Assembly (NCBI GenBank): GCA_963796185.1
Contig: CAWCKQ010000011.1
Location: 26,765-90,764 of the forward strand
Source of the DNA: an uncultured Actinomycetota bacterium
GTDB taxonomy: Bacteria; Actinomycetota; Actinomycetes; Mycobacteriales; Mycobacteriaceae
Length of the DNA stretch: 64,000 nucleotides
Direction: 5' to 3'
Of this stretch, positions 46,010-60,384 are shown one piece after another. Position 1 is the first letter of the stretch; every line of letters begins with the position of its first letter. The notes below the pieces were generated by a model. The model made no database searches and was not told the origin of the DNA. It saw only the letters and a program-made list of their open reading frames with translations. Both the position numbers and the translations under genes were made by a program.

Positions 46010-47002
46010 GTGAGTCGGGCAGACCTGGTGCTCTCCGGCGGCGGTGTCAAGGGCATCGCCCTGGCCGGCGCCGTGTCGGCGTTGGTCACCGCGGGCTATG
46101 TGCCGCAACGTGTCTCGGGCACATCGGCAGGTGCGCTGGTGGGTGCCGTGCTGGCAGCGGCCACCCAGCGCGGGGACCTGTCCTCGGCGCTGCTGGAAGA
46201 CCTGGCGATGAGCATCGACTACAGCGCCTTCCTCGACCCGGGTCCGGTCGAACGCATCCCGGTGCTCGGGCCGGCATGGGGGGTGCTCAGCGGCGACGGC
46301 ATCTATCGCGGCGCCGCGCTGCGCCGGTGGGTGGTCGGCCAGCTCGCCGACTACGGCGTGACGACCTTCGCGGACCTGGCCATCGACGATCCCGAACTGC
46401 CACCCGAGCAGCGGTACCGGCTCGTCGTCACCGTGGCCGATGTCACGCTGGGTCAGTTGGTGCGGCTGCCCTGGGACTACCGCCGCGTCTACGGCCTCGA
46501 CCCCGACGAGCAGTCCGTGGCCGACGCGGTGCGCGCGTCGACCGCGATCCCGTTCTTCTTCCGTCCCGCCACGCTGACCAGCGCCGACGGCCGGAAATCC
46601 ACATTGGTCGACGGCGGTCTGCTGTCGAACTTCCCGATCGACTCGCTGGACCGGACCGACGGCGCGCCGCCGCGGTGGCCGACGTTCGGCGTGACGCTGC
46701 TGCCCAATCTGCCCGCCGACAACGAACAGGTCATCCCCGCGCTGCGGCCACTGCACCTGCTGGGTGGGCCCACCCTGCTCGAACAGGTGGTGACGACGCT
46801 GTTGGTCGGCCGCGACCAGGCGTATCTGAACCAGCCCTGGGTGAGTGCCCGCACGATCCGGATCGACACCAGTGCGGTCGGGGTGCTGGACTTCGATCTG
46901 TCGCAGCTGGAGAAGGAAGCGCTCTACCGGGACGGTGTGCGCGCGGGTCGGGAGTTCCTGGACACCTGGGACTGGACGGAGTACGTCATCCGCTTCCGGT
47001 GA
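46010..47002 (+). CDS. patatin-like phospholipase
   Basis: GGGVKG, GTSAG, DGGLLSNFP. Confidence 0.92.
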   Translation: MSRADLVLSGGGVKGIALAGAVSALVTAGYVPQRVSGTSAGALVGAVLAAATQRGDLSSALLEDLAMSIDYSAFLDPGPVERIPVLGPAWGVLSGDGIYRGAALRRWVVGQLADYGVTTFADLAIDDPELPPEQRYRLVVTVADVTLGQLVRLPWDYRRVYGLDPDEQSVADAVRASTAIPFFFRPATLTSADGRKSTLVDGGLLSNFPIDSLDRTDGAPPRWPTFGVTLLPNLPADNEQVIPALRPLHLLGGPTLLEQVVTTLLVGRDQAYLNQPWVSARTIRIDTSAVGVLDFDLSQLEKEALYRDGVRAGREFLDTWDWTEYVIRFR

Positions 47003-47009
47003 GGCCGGG

Positions 47010-47888
47010 CTACCGGCCGCGCCTGCGCAGGTAGCGCTCGAACTCCGCTGCCAGCGCGTCCCCGTCGATCTTGCCCAGCGCCTCGTTCATGTCGACCTCG
47101 GCGTCGCCCCGCTCCTCCAGCGACTGCACGTACTCGGCGATCTCGTCGTCTTCCGCGGTCATCTCGCTGACCGCCTGCTCCCACTCCTCGGCTTGAGCGG
47201 GCAGGTCGCCGAGGGGGACCTCGATGTCCAGCACGTCTTCCACGCGGCGCAGCAGCGCGACCGTCGCCTTGGGATTCGGCGGCTGCGACACGTAGTGCGG
47301 GACGGCCGCCCAGAACGTCACCGCGGGGATCCCGGCCTGCACGGAGGCGTCCTGGAACACCCCCGCGATGCCCGTCGGACCCTCGTAGCGGGTCTCCTCC
47401 AGCCCGAACGTCTTCGCCGAGTCGGCGGAGTAGGCCGCGCCGGACACCGGCACCGGCCGGGTGTGCGGGGTGTCGGCCAGCAGCGCCCCGAGGATCACCA
47501 CGGTCTGCACGTTGAGCTTGTCGGCGATGGCCAGCAGCTCGGCGCAGAACGTGCGCCACCGCATGTTGGGCTCCACGCCGTGCATCAGCACGATGTCGCG
47601 ATCGGCGCCGGGCGGGCGGCAGTGCGAGATCCGCATCGACGGCCACACCAGCTCACGTGTCACACCGTCGACCATCCGGATCACCGGCCGGTTGACCTGG
47701 TAGTCGTAGTACGACTCGTCGTCGATCTCGACGATCGTCTCCGCCTCCCAGATGGCATCCAGGTGCTCCAGAGCATCGCTGGCCGCATCTCCGGCGTCGT
47801 TCCAGCCCTCGAACGCCGCGACGACGATCGTGTCGCGCAGGTCGGGCAGGTCGGATCGTTTCGGACCGCCGAAATCCGAGGGACTCAC
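47010..47888 (-). CDS. PAC2 (proteasome assembly chaperone-like) family protein
   Basis: AAFEGWNDAGDAAS, GVEPNMRW, YEGPTGI, WAAVPHY. Confidence 0.9.
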   Translation of the reverse strand: MSPSDFGGPKRSDLPDLRDTIVVAAFEGWNDAGDAASDALEHLDAIWEAETIVEIDDESYYDYQVNRPVIRMVDGVTRELVWPSMRISHCRPPGADRDIVLMHGVEPNMRWRTFCAELLAIADKLNVQTVVILGALLADTPHTRPVPVSGAAYSADSAKTFGLEETRYEGPTGIAGVFQDASVQAGIPAVTFWAAVPHYVSQPPNPKATVALLRRVEDVLDIEVPLGDLPAQAEEWEQAVSEMTAEDDEIAEYVQSLEERGDAEVDMNEALGKIDGDALAAEFERYLRRRGR

Positions 47889-48073
47889 CAGGCCAGCGTA
47901 AGCCCTGCGTGGACCAGATGACGGGCATCGACCCGCGCCCCGGGCCCGGAATGCGTGCGGCGGCACTCGGGTTAACCTGGGACATGGATCTCGCCGACAC
48001 CCCGGGCTGGCTCACGGGCGGCGACGACATGGGCGTCCAGACGTCGATCGAGTGACGACGTAGACTTTTCCCC

Positions 48074-48142
48074 GTCGAGAGGCGTTGCAACGGCTCCGGG
48101 TCCTGCCGGTAGCCGCCACGCTCGGCAGAGTCAAGGACGCCT
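48074..48142 (+). ncRNA. SAH riboswitch
   Basis: P1 GTCGAG/CTCGGC; AGGCGTTGCAAC core; inner GGCT-CCGG/CCGG-AGCC stem; GCCACGCTCG; pseudoknot AGGCGT(48080-85)/ACGCCT(48137-42); directly upstream of metH. Confidence 0.8.
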
Positions 48143-48163
48143 TCCGCTACGGAAGGAGTGCAC

Positions 48164-51925
<3,762 letters not shown>

Positions 51926-51929
51926 GCGA

Positions 51930-51974
51930 TTTCGGTGTAGTCGGTCACCCGCAGCGTGACCAACTACACCGAAA
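51930..51974. repeat. REP-like inverted repeat / bidirectional terminator between convergent genes
   Basis: TTTCGGTGTAGTCGGTCAC-7nt-GTGACCAACTACACCGAAA; 19-bp arms with one mismatch. Confidence 0.8.
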
Positions 51975-54675
51975 CCCGAGAGATGGTGCGCCACACTCGG
52001 GCCGGCGTCATCGGCAGATCGCGCACCCGCGCACCGCACGCCCGCGCGATCGCGTTGGCCAGAGCCGGAGCCACCGGGTTGTACGGCGACTCGCTCATCG
52101 ACTTGGCGCCCAGCGGCCCGATCTGGTCGTAGGTGTCGGCGAAGCAGCACCTCGGTGACCGGGACGTCGGCCAGCTGCGGAATGTGGTAGTCGCGCAACG
52201 TCCCGGGTGAGCACGGTGCCGTCGGGGCCGATCAGCATCTGCTCGTACAGCGCCGAGCCGATCGCCTGGGCGACGCCGCCTTCGATCTGGCCGCGGCACT
52301 GCTCGGGGTTCATCACCACGCCCGCGTCGGCAGCTCTGCACCGACTGCAGGATCCGCGACCTCGCCGGTCTCGGGGTTCACCGCGACGCGAAAGCCCTGC
52401 ACGTTGAACGCCACCGAGCGCGGGGTGCCGTCGTGGCGCCCGCGGCCGGTGAGCCCGGGTGGCAGCTCCCCGAACTCGACCAGCCGGGTGCCGCACAGCA
52501 CGCCGTGTGGCGTCAGGGTGCACTGGTGCGGGCCCGCGCCGGTCAACGCGGCGGCCGCCTCGCGCAGAGCGGTCCGCAGGTTCCGGCAGGCTGCGATCAC
52601 CGCCTGCCCGGCCACCACGGTGCCCGCCGAGCCGAACGCTCCGGTGTCGTAGCCCGTTGTCTCGCGTGTCGGATTGGTGGATCACGACTCGGTCGGGCGT
52701 GGTGCCCAACTCCGTCGCCGCCAGCTGGGCGTGCACGGTGGTGGTGCCGTTGCCGAACTCAGCGGTGCCGACGCGACAGCACGTAGTCGCCGTCGGCCGT
52801 CACCGACACGGTGGCCTCGGCGATGGTGCCCGCGCGGCGGGATGGTGGCGATCATCGCCAGCGCCATGCCCTCGCCGACGGGCCACCCCTCGGGACCGGA
52901 CGCGCCGCTGGCCGTCGGCGAGCGCGCGCTCCGCAAGGTCGAGGCACTGGTCGAGGCCGTAGCTGCCGAATGCCAGGTCGCCGTGTCCGACGCTGTGGTC
53001 GACGAACTCGTCGCCGGGCACCACCACATTGCGGCGGCGGAACTCGAAGGGGTCCATGCCGATTCGGTGCGCCAGCTCGTCGAGCGCGGACTCGATCGCG
53101 AAGGTCAGCTGGCTCAGCCCGTATCCGCGGAAGGCTCCGGACGGCAGGTTGTTGGTGTAGACGGCCTGCGCGTCGATGCGCTTGTTCGGGCACCGGTACA
53201 CCGAGATCGACTCCGAGCAGCCGTGGAACATCACACCCGGGCTGTGGTTGCCGTAGGCGCCCGCGTCGATCAGCACGTCGACGGCCAGCGCGGTCAGCAC
53301 GCCGTCGGCGCCGGCCGCACGCGGTGACGGCGACGCGGAACGGGTGCCGGCAGGGCGCCATCGTGAACTGGTCGGTGCGGCTGAACTCGTAGCGCACGGG
53401 CCGGCCGAGCCGCAGCACGGCCAGCGCGACGATGTCCTCGGTGAGCATCTCCTGCTTGCCGCCGAAGCCGCCCCCGACCCGGCGCGCGAACACGCGCACG
53501 GCGTCGCGGTCCAGGCCGAACAGATGGCAGATCTCGTCGCGGACCAGGAACGGCACCTGGGTGCTGGTGCGCAACACCAGCCGGCCCTGCTCGTCGCGCC
53601 AGCCGGTGCAGCCGTGGGTCTCCAGGTGCACGTGCTGGACCCGCTGGGTGGTGTACCGCTCGGTCACCGACGCGCCGCCGGCCGCCGCGGCGGCAGCCAC
53701 GCCGGCCTCGACGTCTCCGATGTCGCCGTGCACCTCGGCGACGACGTTGCGGGCGGGGTCGGCGATGCGGGCGTCGTCGGTCTTGTCGGCGTGCAGCAGC
53801 GGCGCCCCCGGCGAGCGGGCGGCGTCGGGGTCGAACACCGCGGGCAGCTCCTCGTAGGTCGACGGCGATGGCGCGGCACGCCCGCTCGGCGATCGCGGAC
53901 GAATCGGCGACGACGGCGGCGACCCGCTGCCCGACGAAGCGCGACCGTGTCGTCGAGCACCGCGGTGTCATCGGGGTCGTCGAGCCGGTTCTCGTGGCGG
54001 GCGGTGGAGAACGCGACGGCCGGGCTGTCGCGATGGGTCAGCACCAGGTGCACGCCGTCGATGCGCCTCGGCGGCAGAAGTGTCGATCGCGACGATGCGG
54101 GCGTGCGGCAGCGGGCTGGTCAGCACGGCCATGTGCAGCAGACCGGTCGGCGCGAAGTCCATGGTGTACTGCTCGGTTCCGGTCACCACCGCCAGCGCCG
54201 CCGGGGCGCCGACCGAACTTCCCACCCCGCCGGACTTCTCGACGTTGATGGTGCCCGTCGAGCGCGTCGGTGATCGCCCGGTATCCGGTGCAGCGGCACA
54301 GGTTTCCCTTCAAGCGCCTGCGGCAGATCCGACACTTGTTCGTCGGACAGCGCCGACGCCGTGGTGATCATGCCGGCCGTGCAGAACCCGCACTGGAACC
54401 CGCCCGCGTCGGCGAACCGGCGCTGCAGCGGGTGCAGGTCGGCCGGGGTGCCCAGACCCGCGACCGTGGTGACGTCGCGCGCCGTCGGCGCGGAATGCCG
54501 GGAACACACAGGAGTGCACCGCCTGCCCGTCGACCAGCACCGAGCACGCACCGCAGTCGCCGGTGTCGCAGCCCTTCTTCACCTCGAAGTGCCCGCGTTC
54601 GCGCAGGTAGGTGCGCAGGCACTGGCCGGGGCGCGGTTTCTCCGGGCTCTCGGTGCCGTTGACGCGGATGCTCAT
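51964..54675 (-). CDS. xanthine dehydrogenase-like fused 2Fe-2S/molybdopterin subunit (many frameshifts)
   Basis: [57 protein letters not shown]. Confidence 0.88.
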
Positions 54676-55499
54676 GCCAGTTCCCGGCGGATCTGCTCGG
54701 CGAGCACCAGCGTCATCGCGCGCCGCCAGTCGGGGTCGCCGTGCGCGTCGACGGTCCAGGCGTCGTCGGGGATGGCCGCATGGGCGGCGGCCACCTCGGC
54801 CGCGGTGGGTGCGGCGGCGAAGCCGAACACGAAGGGCCGCACGGTGGCCGCGGTCACCGACAGCGTGCAGCGCCCGTCGGTGTCGCGCCGGCCGATCACC
54901 ACGCACGGCAGAGCGGCCGAGCGGCGAGGGCGCCAGCTTGCGGAACGCGGTGGTGGCGCGCAGCGCGGCGGCAGGCAGCCACACCGAGCGCACCACCTCG
55001 CCGGCGCCGAGCACGTTGGCGGCCGCGCCCGGTCACGAAATCGGTGACCGGCAGCCGGTAGTCGCTGCCGTCGGGCCGCCACACCGTCAGCACGCCGTCC
55101 AGCGCCGCCGTCAGCGAGATCATCGACCCGGCCGGGAAGGACAGGCAGATGTTGCCGCCGACGGTCGCCGTCGCCTGGATCTTGAACGACGCCAGCAACG
55201 CCGTGCAGCACTGGTGCAGCAGCGGCGCCGCCGCCCAGTCGGGACGCTCGGTGCGCAGCCGTCGCGACAGCGCGGACACCTGTGCCAGCGGGCACGTCGC
55301 CGCGAGTTCGATGCCGTCGTCGGTCACCGTGACCGGGGCCCAGCCGAGGCCGGTGATGTCCACCAGCCCGCGCAGGTGCGGCTGCGGTTCGGAGAACAAC
55401 CAGGTCCCGCCCGCCAGGATCGCGTCGCCCGGGGCCCAGGGGCCACAGCTCGTCGCGGCGGGCGGGGACGCGGGTGGTCTCGACGGTGTTGAGGTCCAT
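54672..55499 (-). CDS. xanthine dehydrogenase-like FAD-binding subunit
   Basis: [20 protein letters not shown]; ATGA overlap with the Mo subunit. Confidence 0.85.
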   Translation of the reverse strand: MDLNTVETTRVPARRDELWPLGPGRRDPGGRDLVVLRTAAAPARAGGHHRPRLGPGHGDRRRHRTRGDVPAGTGVRAVATAAHRASRLGGGAAAAPVLHGVAGVVQDPGDGDRRRQHLPVLPGRVDDLADGGAGRRADGVAARRQRLPAAGHRFRDRARPPTCSAPARWCARCGCLPPRCAPPPRSASWRPRRSAALPCVVIGRRDTDGRCTLSVTAATVRPFVFGFAAAPTAAEVAAAHAAIPDDAWTVDAHGDPDWRRAMTLVLAEQIRRELA

Positions 55500-55503
55500 G
55501 GCG

Positions 55504-56672
55504 TCAGCCGACCGGAGTCAACGGGCCACCCATGATGTTGCCGACGATACCCCGCAGGATGTTGGTGCCGTCCTCGTTTCGCAGTTCGGCGTACCACCGG
55601 GCCGTCTGCTCCGGGTCCTTGGCGTGGGTCACGTCGCAGCGCTTGCGGGCGCGCAGCACCAGATCGGCCGCGCGCTCGGCGCGTGCCTGCTGGTAGGCGG
55701 TCAGCGCGGCGCGCACATCACCGGGATGGTCGCGCACCGCCCACTGCAGCGCCACCGCGTCCTCCATCGCGGAGCAACCGCCCTGCCCGATGTCGGGGGT
55801 GGTGTTGTGGGCGGCGTCGCCGAGCACCGCGACCCGGCCCTTGACCCAGGTATGGAACGGGTCCAGGTCGAAGATCTCCACCCGGTTGGTGCGTCGTCGG
55901 ATCGAGCTTGTCGATCAGCACCTGCACGCCGGGTGCCCAGCCCGCGAACTGTGACCGGAGGACCTCGCGGGCGCTGCCGCGTTCGAAGTCCAGCCCGGGC
56001 GGCTCCACCACGTCGAAGAAGAAGTAGAACCGGCCGCCCGCCACCGGCATCACCGAAACACGTTTGCCCTCGGCGACATAGGTGGTCCATTCGGTTGCTG
56101 CTCCGATCGCGTCGTCGGTGTCGACGAGCCCGTTGAAGTTCACATAGCCCGCGTAGCGGCGCTGCACCGGCCCGCCCAGCACATACTCGCGGGTGATCGA
56201 GGAGGCGCCGTCTGCGCCGATGATCAGGTCCGCCGACACCGAGGTGCCGTCGGCGAAGGTCGCCGTCGCCGCGTCCGGGCCATCGGCGACGGCGACCATC
56301 TTCATGCCGAAGTTGATCTCGTGGCAGGCCGTAGGCCTGCATCAGCATCGTCTGCAGATCCGCCCGTGCGATGGGGTAGGGCCGTTGGCCGACCTCGTCG
56401 ATCAACGGCTGCATCGAGAACCGGCACATCGTCTCGCCGGTGTGGCCGTCGAGATAGCTCATGGTCTCGACGAGCCCGCCGAGTCGCGCGGTCTGCTCGG
56501 CGAGCCCGAGGTAGTTCAGGCACTTGACGCCGTTGGACCAGACCGAGATCGCCGCGCCGACCGGCTTGTTCTCGGTGACGCGTTCGTAGACGTGGGTGTC
56601 GATCCCGATCTGGCGCAGCGCGATCGCCGCGCTCATGCCGCCCATGCCGGCGCCGATGATGACCGCTTTCAC
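55504..56672 (-). CDS. hpxO: FAD-dependent urate hydroxylase (frameshifted)
   Basis: [50 protein letters not shown]; next to uraH and uraD. Confidence 0.9.
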
Positions 56673-56690
56673 CTCTGCCAGTCCTCTGCT

Positions 56691-57014
56691 TCAACTGCCC
56701 CGGTAGGTGGAATACGCGAACGGCGACAACAACAACGGCACGTGATAGTGCGGCGCGTCGGTGACCTCGAACGCGATGACCACCTCCGGATAGAAGGCGG
56801 TGACGACCGTGGGCGGCGAAGTAGCGTGCCGGTGTCGAACGGCAGCCGGTAGCAGGCCGGCGCCGAGGTCCCCGCCGAGCGCGATGATCCGGCCGTCGTC
56901 GTCGGTGACCGACGTGGCCAGCACGGTCGCCGACGCGTCGGTCAGCGTGACCGGTACCCCGACGGCGGGCCGTCCCGACACGGCGTCGAGGACGTGGGTC
57001 GACAGGCTGCTCAT
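56691..57014 (-). CDS. uraH: 5-hydroxyisourate hydrolase
   Basis: LSTHVLD, TDDDGR, HYHVPLLLSPFAYSTYRGS. Confidence 0.95.
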   Translation of the reverse strand: MSSLSTHVLDAVSGRPAVGVPVTLTDASATVLATSVTDDDGRIIALGGDLGAGLLPAAVRHRHATSPPTVVTAFYPEVVIAFEVTDAPHYHVPLLLSPFAYSTYRGS

Positions 57015-57524
57015 GACGGTCTCCTTCGACAGCAGGCGTTCCAGTCGTAACCGGTTGATCTTGGCCAGTTCCGAGCGCATCACCCGGCGTTCGGTGTCTG
57101 GGTCGTTGGCGAGCCGGTCGGTGAGGATGTCCAGCAGCTCCTCGGCGGTGCGCCCGCTGGCGCACACCAGGTAGACGTAGCCGAAGGTGTCCTCGTAGCT
57201 GCGGTTCTCGGCGGCCAGTTCGGCCTTGACCGCGGCGTTGGCGTCGGCGACGCGGGCCTGTTCGCGGGCCGAGTTCGGGTCCTCGGACCGGGCGCCGATG
57301 CGGGGATGGCCGTCGAGCGCGGCGTCGAGTTCGGCGTCGGGGAGTTCGGCCAGCACGCGGTCGGCGCGATCGAGGAGTGCGTCGGTCGTCGCGGAAGGGC
57401 CCGCCCGCCAGCACCCGGCGCGCCCAGAGTCGGAGACGAACACACCTCGAACAACAGGTGCATCCGTTGTCGTTCGGACAGCCGGTTGAATCCGATCGAT
57501 GCCCACGGGTCCGCCGCCGGTCAT
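57011..57524 (-). CDS. uraD: OHCU decarboxylase
   Basis: GHPRIG, SAREQ, YEDTFGYVYLVCASG, ELAKINRLRL. Confidence 0.92.
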
Positions 57525-57791
57525 CTACTGGAGTTCGTTTTTCGACTGAAGTCGACGATATTGGGATCGACGCGACGACGACGGCCACCGTGGAGGGAAA
57601 CGAGTTAGATGCCTCCGATGGTGGCGGCCGGGGCCGTCCGCGCGCAGCACATTGCCGAATGGGTTTCGGTGACGTCCAGCGGCCGCGGCCGCCGAGGTCG
57701 GCGCGGTCATCGTCCCAGGATCAGGCAGATCCCAGGTCTTCGCATGTCGAGCGGTTCGCGCTCGGCGGCGGCCGCGTGCCACAATTGCCGA

Positions 57792-58478
57792 GTGCGAGCG
57801 GTGCTGTGGGACATGGACGGTACGCTCGTCGATTCCGAAAAGCTCTGGGACATCTCACTGTCCGCGCTCTACGAGTCCTTGGGCGGCGCGCTGAGTCGCC
57901 AGACCAGGACTGCGCTGGTGGGCGCCTCGGCCGAAGAGACGATGGTGACGGTGTACACCGACCTCGGGCTGGACCCGCACCCGCGGCGGATGGCCGAGTC
58001 GATTCGCTGGTTGCACGACTACACGGCCGACCTGTTCGACGGCGGTCTGCCGTGGTGTGCCGGGGCCCGGGAGATGCTGGAAGCGCTTGCGGCCGAACGC
58101 ACGCCCATGGCGCTGGTCACCAACACGCAGCGCGGACTAACCGAGCATGCGCTCAACAGCATTGGCCGGCAATACTTCTCGGTCACCGTCTGTGCCGATG
58201 AGGTGTCCAGTGGCAAGCCGGCTCCCGATCTGTACCTGCGGGCGGCCGAGTTGCTGGAGCTTGCGGCCGGCGGATTGCCTGGCCGTCGAGGATTCGGTGA
58301 CCGGCGCGGCGGCCGCCGAGGCGGCGGAATGCGCGGTGCTCGTCGTGCCCAACGATGTCCCGGTGCCCGGTGGGGCGACGGCGGCGGCACGTCGAATCGC
58401 TGGCCGGGCTTGGACTCCGCCGGATCTGCGCCGCATCTACCGCGAGATCGATCAGGAGCCGCGCGAACGCACGCGTAA
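57792..58478 (+). CDS. HAD family hydrolase (frameshifted)
   Basis: WDMDGTLVDSE, LVTNT, KPAPD, EDS; CACAAT -10 element upstream. Confidence 0.88.
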   Translation: MRAVLWDMDGTLVDSEKLWDISLSALYESLGGALSRQTRTALVGASAEETMVTVYTDLGLDPHPRRMAESIRWLHDYTADLFDGGLPWCAGAREMLEALAAERTPMALVTNTQRGLTEHALNSIGRQYFSVTVCADEVSSGKPAPDLYLRAAELLELAAGGLPGRRGFGDRRGGRRGGGMRGARRAQRCPGARWGDGGGTSNRWPGLDSAGSAPHLPRDRSGAARTHA

Positions 58479-58528
58479 ACCGGCGCACTTGTGGGAATGC
58501 TCCCGACCGTCGGTCACGAGTGATTGAA

Positions 58529-58544
58529 TGTGACCCGTATCACG
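58529..58544. promoter_or_regulatory. CRP-like site
   Basis: TGTGA-CCCGTA-TCACG upstream of the sugar porter. Confidence 0.65.
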
Positions 58545-58567
58545 CAACGCTGCGGAAAGGTCGTCAG

Positions 58568-60047
58568 ATGGCCGGTCAAGGTGGACCCGCCGGGGAGGGC
58601 CCCGAGATTTTCGACGAAGACCAGGACTTCGCGTCCGGCAAGACCGCGATCCGGATCGCCTCCGTGGCGGCCCTGGGCGGCTTGCTGTTCGGCTACGACA
58701 GCGCCGTGATCAACGGTGCCGTGGCCTCCATCCAGGAGGACTTCGGCATCGGTAACGCCGAGCTCGGATTCGCGGTCGCCTCCGCGCTGCTCGGCGCCGC
58801 CGCCGGCGCGATGACCGCGGGCCGGATCGCCGACCGGATCGGCCGGATCGCGGTCATGAAGATCGCCGCGGTGCTGTTTCTCGATCAGTGCCTTCGGTAC
58901 CGGCTTCGCCCACGAGGTGTGGGCGGTGGTGCTGTTCCGCATCGTCGGCGGCATCGGCGTCGGCGTCGCGTCGGTGATCGCGCCCGCCTACATCGCCGAG
59001 ACCTCACCGCCGGGTATCCGGGGCCGGCTCGGGCTCGCTGCAACAGCTGGCGATCGTGTCCGGCATCTTCGCTTCCTTCGCGATCAACTAGCTGCTGCAG
59101 TGGCTGGCCGGCGGGCCCAACCAGCCGCTGTGGTTCGGGGTGGACGCCTGGCGCTGGATGTTCCTGGCGATGGCGCTGCCCGCCGTGCTGTACGGGGCGC
59201 TCGCGTTCACGATCCCCGAATCGCCGCGGTATCTCGTTGCCAGCCACAAGATTCCCGAGGCCCGCCGGGTGCTGAGCAGGCTGCTCGGGCAGAAGAACCT
59301 GGAGATCACGATCACCCGGATCAAGGAGACGCTGGAGCGCGAGGACGATCCGTCCTGGCGAGACCTGCGCAAGCCCACCGGCGGCCTGTACGGCATCGTC
59401 TGGGTCGGCCTGGGGCTGTCGATCTTCCAGCAGTTCGTCGGGATCAACGTGATCTTCTACTACTGCAACGTGCTGTGGCAGGCGGTCGGCTTCAGCGCCG
59501 ACGAGTCGGCGATCTACACCGTGATCACGTCGGTCATCAACGTGCTGACCACGCTGATCGCGATCGCGTTGATCGACAGGATCGGGCGCAAGCCGTTGCT
59601 GCTGATCGGTTCGACGGGGATGGCCATCACGCTGATCACGATGTCGGTGATCTTCGCCAACGCCACACGTCGGTGCGCCGACGGCAACCCGAGCCTGCCC
59701 GGGGCCTCTGGGGTCATCGCGCTGATCGCGGCCAACCTCTTCGTCGTCGCCTTCGGTATGTCCTGGGGCCCGGTGGTCTGGGTGCTGCTGGGGGAGATGT
59801 TCCCGAACCGGATCCGGGCCGCGGCCCTCGGGCTGGCCGCCGCGGGGCAGTGGGCGGCCAACTGGCTCATCACCGTCACCTTCCCCGGACTGCGTGAACA
59901 CCTGGGCCTGGCCTACGGCTTCTACGGGCTCGTGCGCGGTGCTGTCCGGCCTGTTCGTCTGGCGGTGGGTGATGGAGACCAAGGGCGTGTCGCTGGAGGA
60001 CATGCACGGCGACGATCCTGCGCGAGGACAAGACCGCGGCCGGCTAG
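58568..60047 (+). CDS. sugar porter family MFS transporter (frameshifts and an in-frame TAG at 59089)
   Basis: [37 protein letters not shown]. Confidence 0.88.
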
Positions 60048-60102
60048 GACCGCGGGGTGTGGGCGGGCGCGGACCAGCCGATCGCGGCCCGTGCGGCCCG
60101 AC

Positions 60103-60384
60103 GTGACACAATCGCCAAACGTGAAGACCTTCGACGCCCTGTTCGCCGAGTTGAGCGAGCGGGCGCGCACCCGGCCGGCAGGCAGCGGCACCGTCGCCGC
60201 GCTCGATGGCGGCGTCCACGGCATCGGCAAGAAGATCCTGGAAGAGGCCGGCGAGGTGTGGCTGGCCGCCGAGCACGAGAACGACGAGGCGCTCGCCGAG
60301 GAGATCAGCCAGCTGCTCTACTGGACGCAGGTGCTGATGCTCTCGCGCGGCCTGTCGCTGGCCGACGTGTACGGGAAGCTCTGA
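60103..60384 (+). CDS. hisE: phosphoribosyl-ATP diphosphatase
   Basis: [35 protein letters not shown]. Confidence 0.95.
   Translation: MTQSPNVKTFDALFAELSERARTRPAGSGTVAALDGGVHGIGKKILEEAGEVWLAAEHENDEALAEEISQLLYWTQVLMLSRGLSLADVYGKL

Noticed and set aside
48000-48163. Cobalamin or SAM riboswitch upstream of metH
   Set aside because: No B12-box or SAM-I/IV core recognised; size and pairing fit the SAH class
59089-59091. Recoded TAG (pyrrolysine or readthrough)
   Set aside because: No recoding machinery in the window, and the surrounding sequence is error-rich
59140-60384. Sugar porter-HisE fusion ORF
   Set aside because: Frameshift artefact; the transporter's ETKG tail is in another frame and stops near 60047
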